The notes under the pieces: model-generated
Seen by the model: the letters and a program-made list of their open reading frames with translations, nothing else
Database searches by the model: none
What the model was told of the DNA's origin: nothing
Assembly: GCA_964551375.1 (NCBI GenBank)
Contig: CAZKBG010000001.1
Coordinates: forward strand, 330,001-362,000
Direction: 5' to 3'
DNA length: 32,000 bases
Source of the DNA: an uncultured archaeon
Lineage (GTDB): Archaea > Iainarchaeota > Iainarchaeia > Iainarchaeales > JAAZKV01
Position numbers and translations under genes: made by a program
Shown: positions 31,464-32,000 of the stretch, in pieces
How positions within the stretch are numbered: the stretch's first letter is position 1
How the letters are laid out: each line of letters begins with the position of its first letter

Positions 31464-32000
31464 TTAAACTGCTATCTCAACAATATCCTTGTTTTTCAAA
31501 ACGTATTCAGGACCCACCCTCTGCCCTTCAAATTTAGCTGAGCCCCAAACTTTTGCAAATTTTAAATTCTTCGCAAAATCCTTGTGAAGAACCTGCGCAA
31601 CATCAAGAACTGTGGAGCCTTTTGGAAGAGCGAGCGGCTCATTCATATCAGCGTCATGCCCGGGGCGTTTTGTATAAACCAAAATCTTATCAAGCATCAA
31701 AAAGATTGCGTCCTTTAAATTTACAAGAAGATGGTCGGTGATATCATAAGGATTTACAAATAACGCTTTCTTATAGCAGATTTTTTCATTCATCGCTTCA
31801 GAAACCTCATTAAGCGAATTTATTTTTCCAGAAACAAGAACCTGCGCATTGTTAAATCCGGAATTTTTTAAGTACTGCTCAAGCTGCTCCGCGGGAAAGG
31901 CCAAGTGCTCTTTTCCGGACATTTGAATCCCGGGAAATGAAGAAACTTTAACTGAAATCGGAGGGCGGGTTTTATTTACATAAATATAGGACTTTGCAAG
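31464..32000 (-). CDS. DRG/Rbg-type GTPase, C-terminal part with TGS domain; 5' end lies outside the window
   Basis: TGS-domain sequence: VYTKRPGHDADMNEPLALPKGSTVLDVAQVLHKDFAKNLKFAKVWGSAKFEGQRVGPEYVLKNKDIVEI. The frame stays open from 31922 to nt 32000 (..LAKSYIYVNKTRPPISVKVSSFPGIQMSGKE..). Confidence 0.75.
   Translation of the reverse strand, partial: LAKSYIYVNKTRPPISVKVSSFPGIQMSGKEHLAFPAEQLEQYLKNSGFNNAQVLVSGKINSLNEVSEAMNEKICYKKALFVNPYDITDHLLVNLKDAIFLMLDKILVYTKRPGHDADMNEPLALPKGSTVLDVAQVLHKDFAKNLKFAKVWGSAKFEGQRVGPEYVLKNKDIVEIAV

Overview
AT-rich archaeal chromosomal segment, probably from a small-genome DPANN-type archaeon. That lineage call is an inference from NucS/EndoMS, Pus10, an archaeal-type ValRS, a DRG/TGS GTPase, a CDP-alcohol phosphatidyltransferase, TATA-like boxes about 25 nt upstream of many start codons, and GGAGG/GGTGA-type Shine-Dalgarno (SD) sites inside operons. 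I call about 27 protein genes and one intron-less tRNA-Trp(CCA). I see no rRNA, CRISPR array, transposase or integrase. Housekeeping genes fill 0-13.9 kb and most of 25-32 kb: M18 and M24 peptidases, nucS, an isochorismatase-family hydrolase, pus10, TraB, HAD hydrolases, a CDP-alcohol phosphatidyltransferase, a PHP phosphoesterase, sufS, a YbaK-like protein, acyP, valS and a DRG GTPase. The standout region is 14.1-25.0 kb. It holds six same-strand genes (218, ~1271, 84, 225, 828 and ~848 aa) that encode only signal-peptide or TM-anchored proteins with no enzymatic domain I can recognise. They include a giant protein with a Pro/Thr stalk and an Ala-rich coiled coil, and two paralogous proteins built from Cys-bracketed Ig-like repeats. 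These genes share cis motifs and show tight translational coupling. A second two-gene surface module lies at 29.3-31.4 kb. Other points of interest are GC-rich structured flanks around the tRNA-Trp, twin inverted repeats next to a TATA box inside the cluster, ACTAAC/GTTAGT repeat families in the cluster's intergenic regions, two enzyme-fold proteins with degenerate catalytic motifs, and an untracked small membrane-protein gene. All functional calls come from reading motifs by eye; no database search was run.
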